Positions 57,856-59,010 of a stretch of DNA of 59,010 nt are shown here, piece after piece. Below the pieces are notes generated by a model. It saw only the letters and a list, made by a program, of their open reading frames with translations, did no database searches and was not told the DNA's origin. Position numbers and translations under genes: made by a program. Source of the DNA: Pseudothermotoga sp. (GTDB lineage: Bacteria > Thermotogota > Thermotogae > Thermotogales > DSM-5069); the NCBI GenBank assembly GCA_031962025.1, contig JAVRKW010000010.1. One strand, given 5' to 3'. Position 1 is the first letter of the stretch, and each line of letters opens with the position of its first letter.

Positions 57856-59010
57856 CTATATTCTGCCCATCTGGAATGCAGTCGATTCTTCCTTTGTTTT
57901 TATGAGTTTCATCAAAAAAGGTATACCACGGGTGAAGATCAATCTTGGAGTGCTGTAGACTGAATAGTAAGCTTTTACAAACAGCTTTTTCAATTCTTTT
58001 TTCGAGAAAGCAGGATGCTCGAAAACAAGGTTTGTGCCATCGAAGAGTGAGAGATCTTTCACATCGATCTTTTCTCTCAATCTATCGTAGAGCCTTGTCC
58101 CAGGATAAGGTGTCAGAATCGAAAACTGAACAATCTGCGCTCCAAGTTTCTTTGCCATCTTTATGGTCTTTTTAATTGACTCTCTGGTGTCGTTCAGCGC
58201 ACCCATGATGAAACTCGCAAAAAGATCGATTTTGTATTTTTTCAAAAGCTTTGCAACCTCAAAGGCTATGGAACTTGAGAGCTTCTTTTTGTATTCTTTG
58301 AGCACCTCGTCTTCAGCGCTTTCAAAACCTATGAAAAGCATTTTGCACCCAGATTTAGCCATAGCCTCAAGTAAATCTTCTTTGCCAATTAGTTCATCTG
58401 CCCTTGAAAAAGCCCACCAACTGAGACCAAGGCGGTTTTTCATCATTTGCTGGCACAGTTCAATGGTTCTCGATTTATCGATTGTGAAGTTGTCATCAAA
58501 AAAGATCACCGAACCATACCCTAGTTTTTTGACTTGTTTCAATTCTTCAACCACGCCTTCGACACTTCTCTTTCTGATAACCCGTCCCATGAACTGCGAG
58601 GCACTGCAAAATTCACAATCAAAGGGACAGCCACGCGAGGTGATCAAACTAACTGCGGGTTTACCATCGAATTTTGTTCTGTACAATCTTCTGTTTTCTC
58701 TATCAGGAAAAGGTAACTGATCAAGATTCTCTATTAATTTAGGAGGGATCATAAATACCACACCATCTTTAAGATAACTCAGTCCATCCAGCACAGGGTA
58801 TTTTTCGCCTGCTTGTAGTACTTCAGCAAGTTTCAGGAAGGTGTACTCTCCCTCACCGAGGATTACATAATCGCAGATCTGTTCTTCTAGAATCTTTTGG
58901 TATTCAGCGGTTGCATGCGGACCGCCAAGAACTGTAATGACTCCCTGCATTTTCGCAGTCAAAGAAATTTGTTTTGCAAGGGCAAATCTCACCGTATCTG
59001 TTGAAATGCC
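57856..59010 (-). CDS. B12-binding radical SAM protein (5' end outside window)
   Basis: GGPHAT, GEGE, TSRGCPFDCEFC, DDNF, GFES, TPYPGT; frame open to the window end. Confidence 0.92.
   Translation of the reverse strand, partial: GISTDTVRFALAKQISLTAKMQGVITVLGGPHATAEYQKILEEQICDYVILGEGEYTFLKLAEVLQAGEKYPVLDGLSYLKDGVVFMIPPKLIENLDQLPFPDRENRRLYRTKFDGKPAVSLITSRGCPFDCEFCSASQFMGRVIRKRSVEGVVEELKQVKKLGYGSVIFFDDNFTIDKSRTIELCQQMMKNRLGLSWWAFSRADELIGKEDLLEAMAKSGCKMLFIGFESAEDEVLKEYKKKLSSSIAFEVAKLLKKYKIDLFASFIMGALNDTRESIKKTIKMAKKLGAQIVQFSILTPYPGTRLYDRLREKIDVKDLSLFDGTNLVFEHPAFSKKELKKLFVKAYYSVYSTPRLIFTRGIPFLMKLIKTKEESTAFQMGRI

Overview
Bacterial chromosomal window from a member of the Thermotogota (Pseudothermotoga-like), judged by the secG-tyrS-ompA(Omp-alpha)-ompB toga locus, a Thermotoga-type maltosyltransferase and spoVS. 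Most of it is housekeeping and envelope genes: ABC exporter, wecB, ahcY, lnt, deoB, arcC, rpsF-ssb-rpsR, tupABC, lemA-htpX, and six tRNAs. The first ~4.6 kb is accessory. Positions 1-195 on the minus strand read as the 5' part of a HEARO/omega-RNA of an IS200/IS605 IscB-type element inserted into the last codons of a diguanylate cyclase gene; any iscB ORF would lie outside the window. Next come an orphan ORF with a strong internal start, decayed DNA and a stand-alone HsdR_N-DUF4268 nuclease. Other notable items are two adjacent apparent pseudoenzymes at the head of the wecB operon, an SMC-like ATPase with a degenerate nuclease-like partner, a frameshifted Cache-GGDEF gene, a malic enzyme/UxaA-family/LarA-family operon with a decayed TctB transporter, a heptad-repeat PD-(D/E)XK protein and large Ig-repeat lipoproteins. 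All assignments come from motif recognition by eye; no searches were run.
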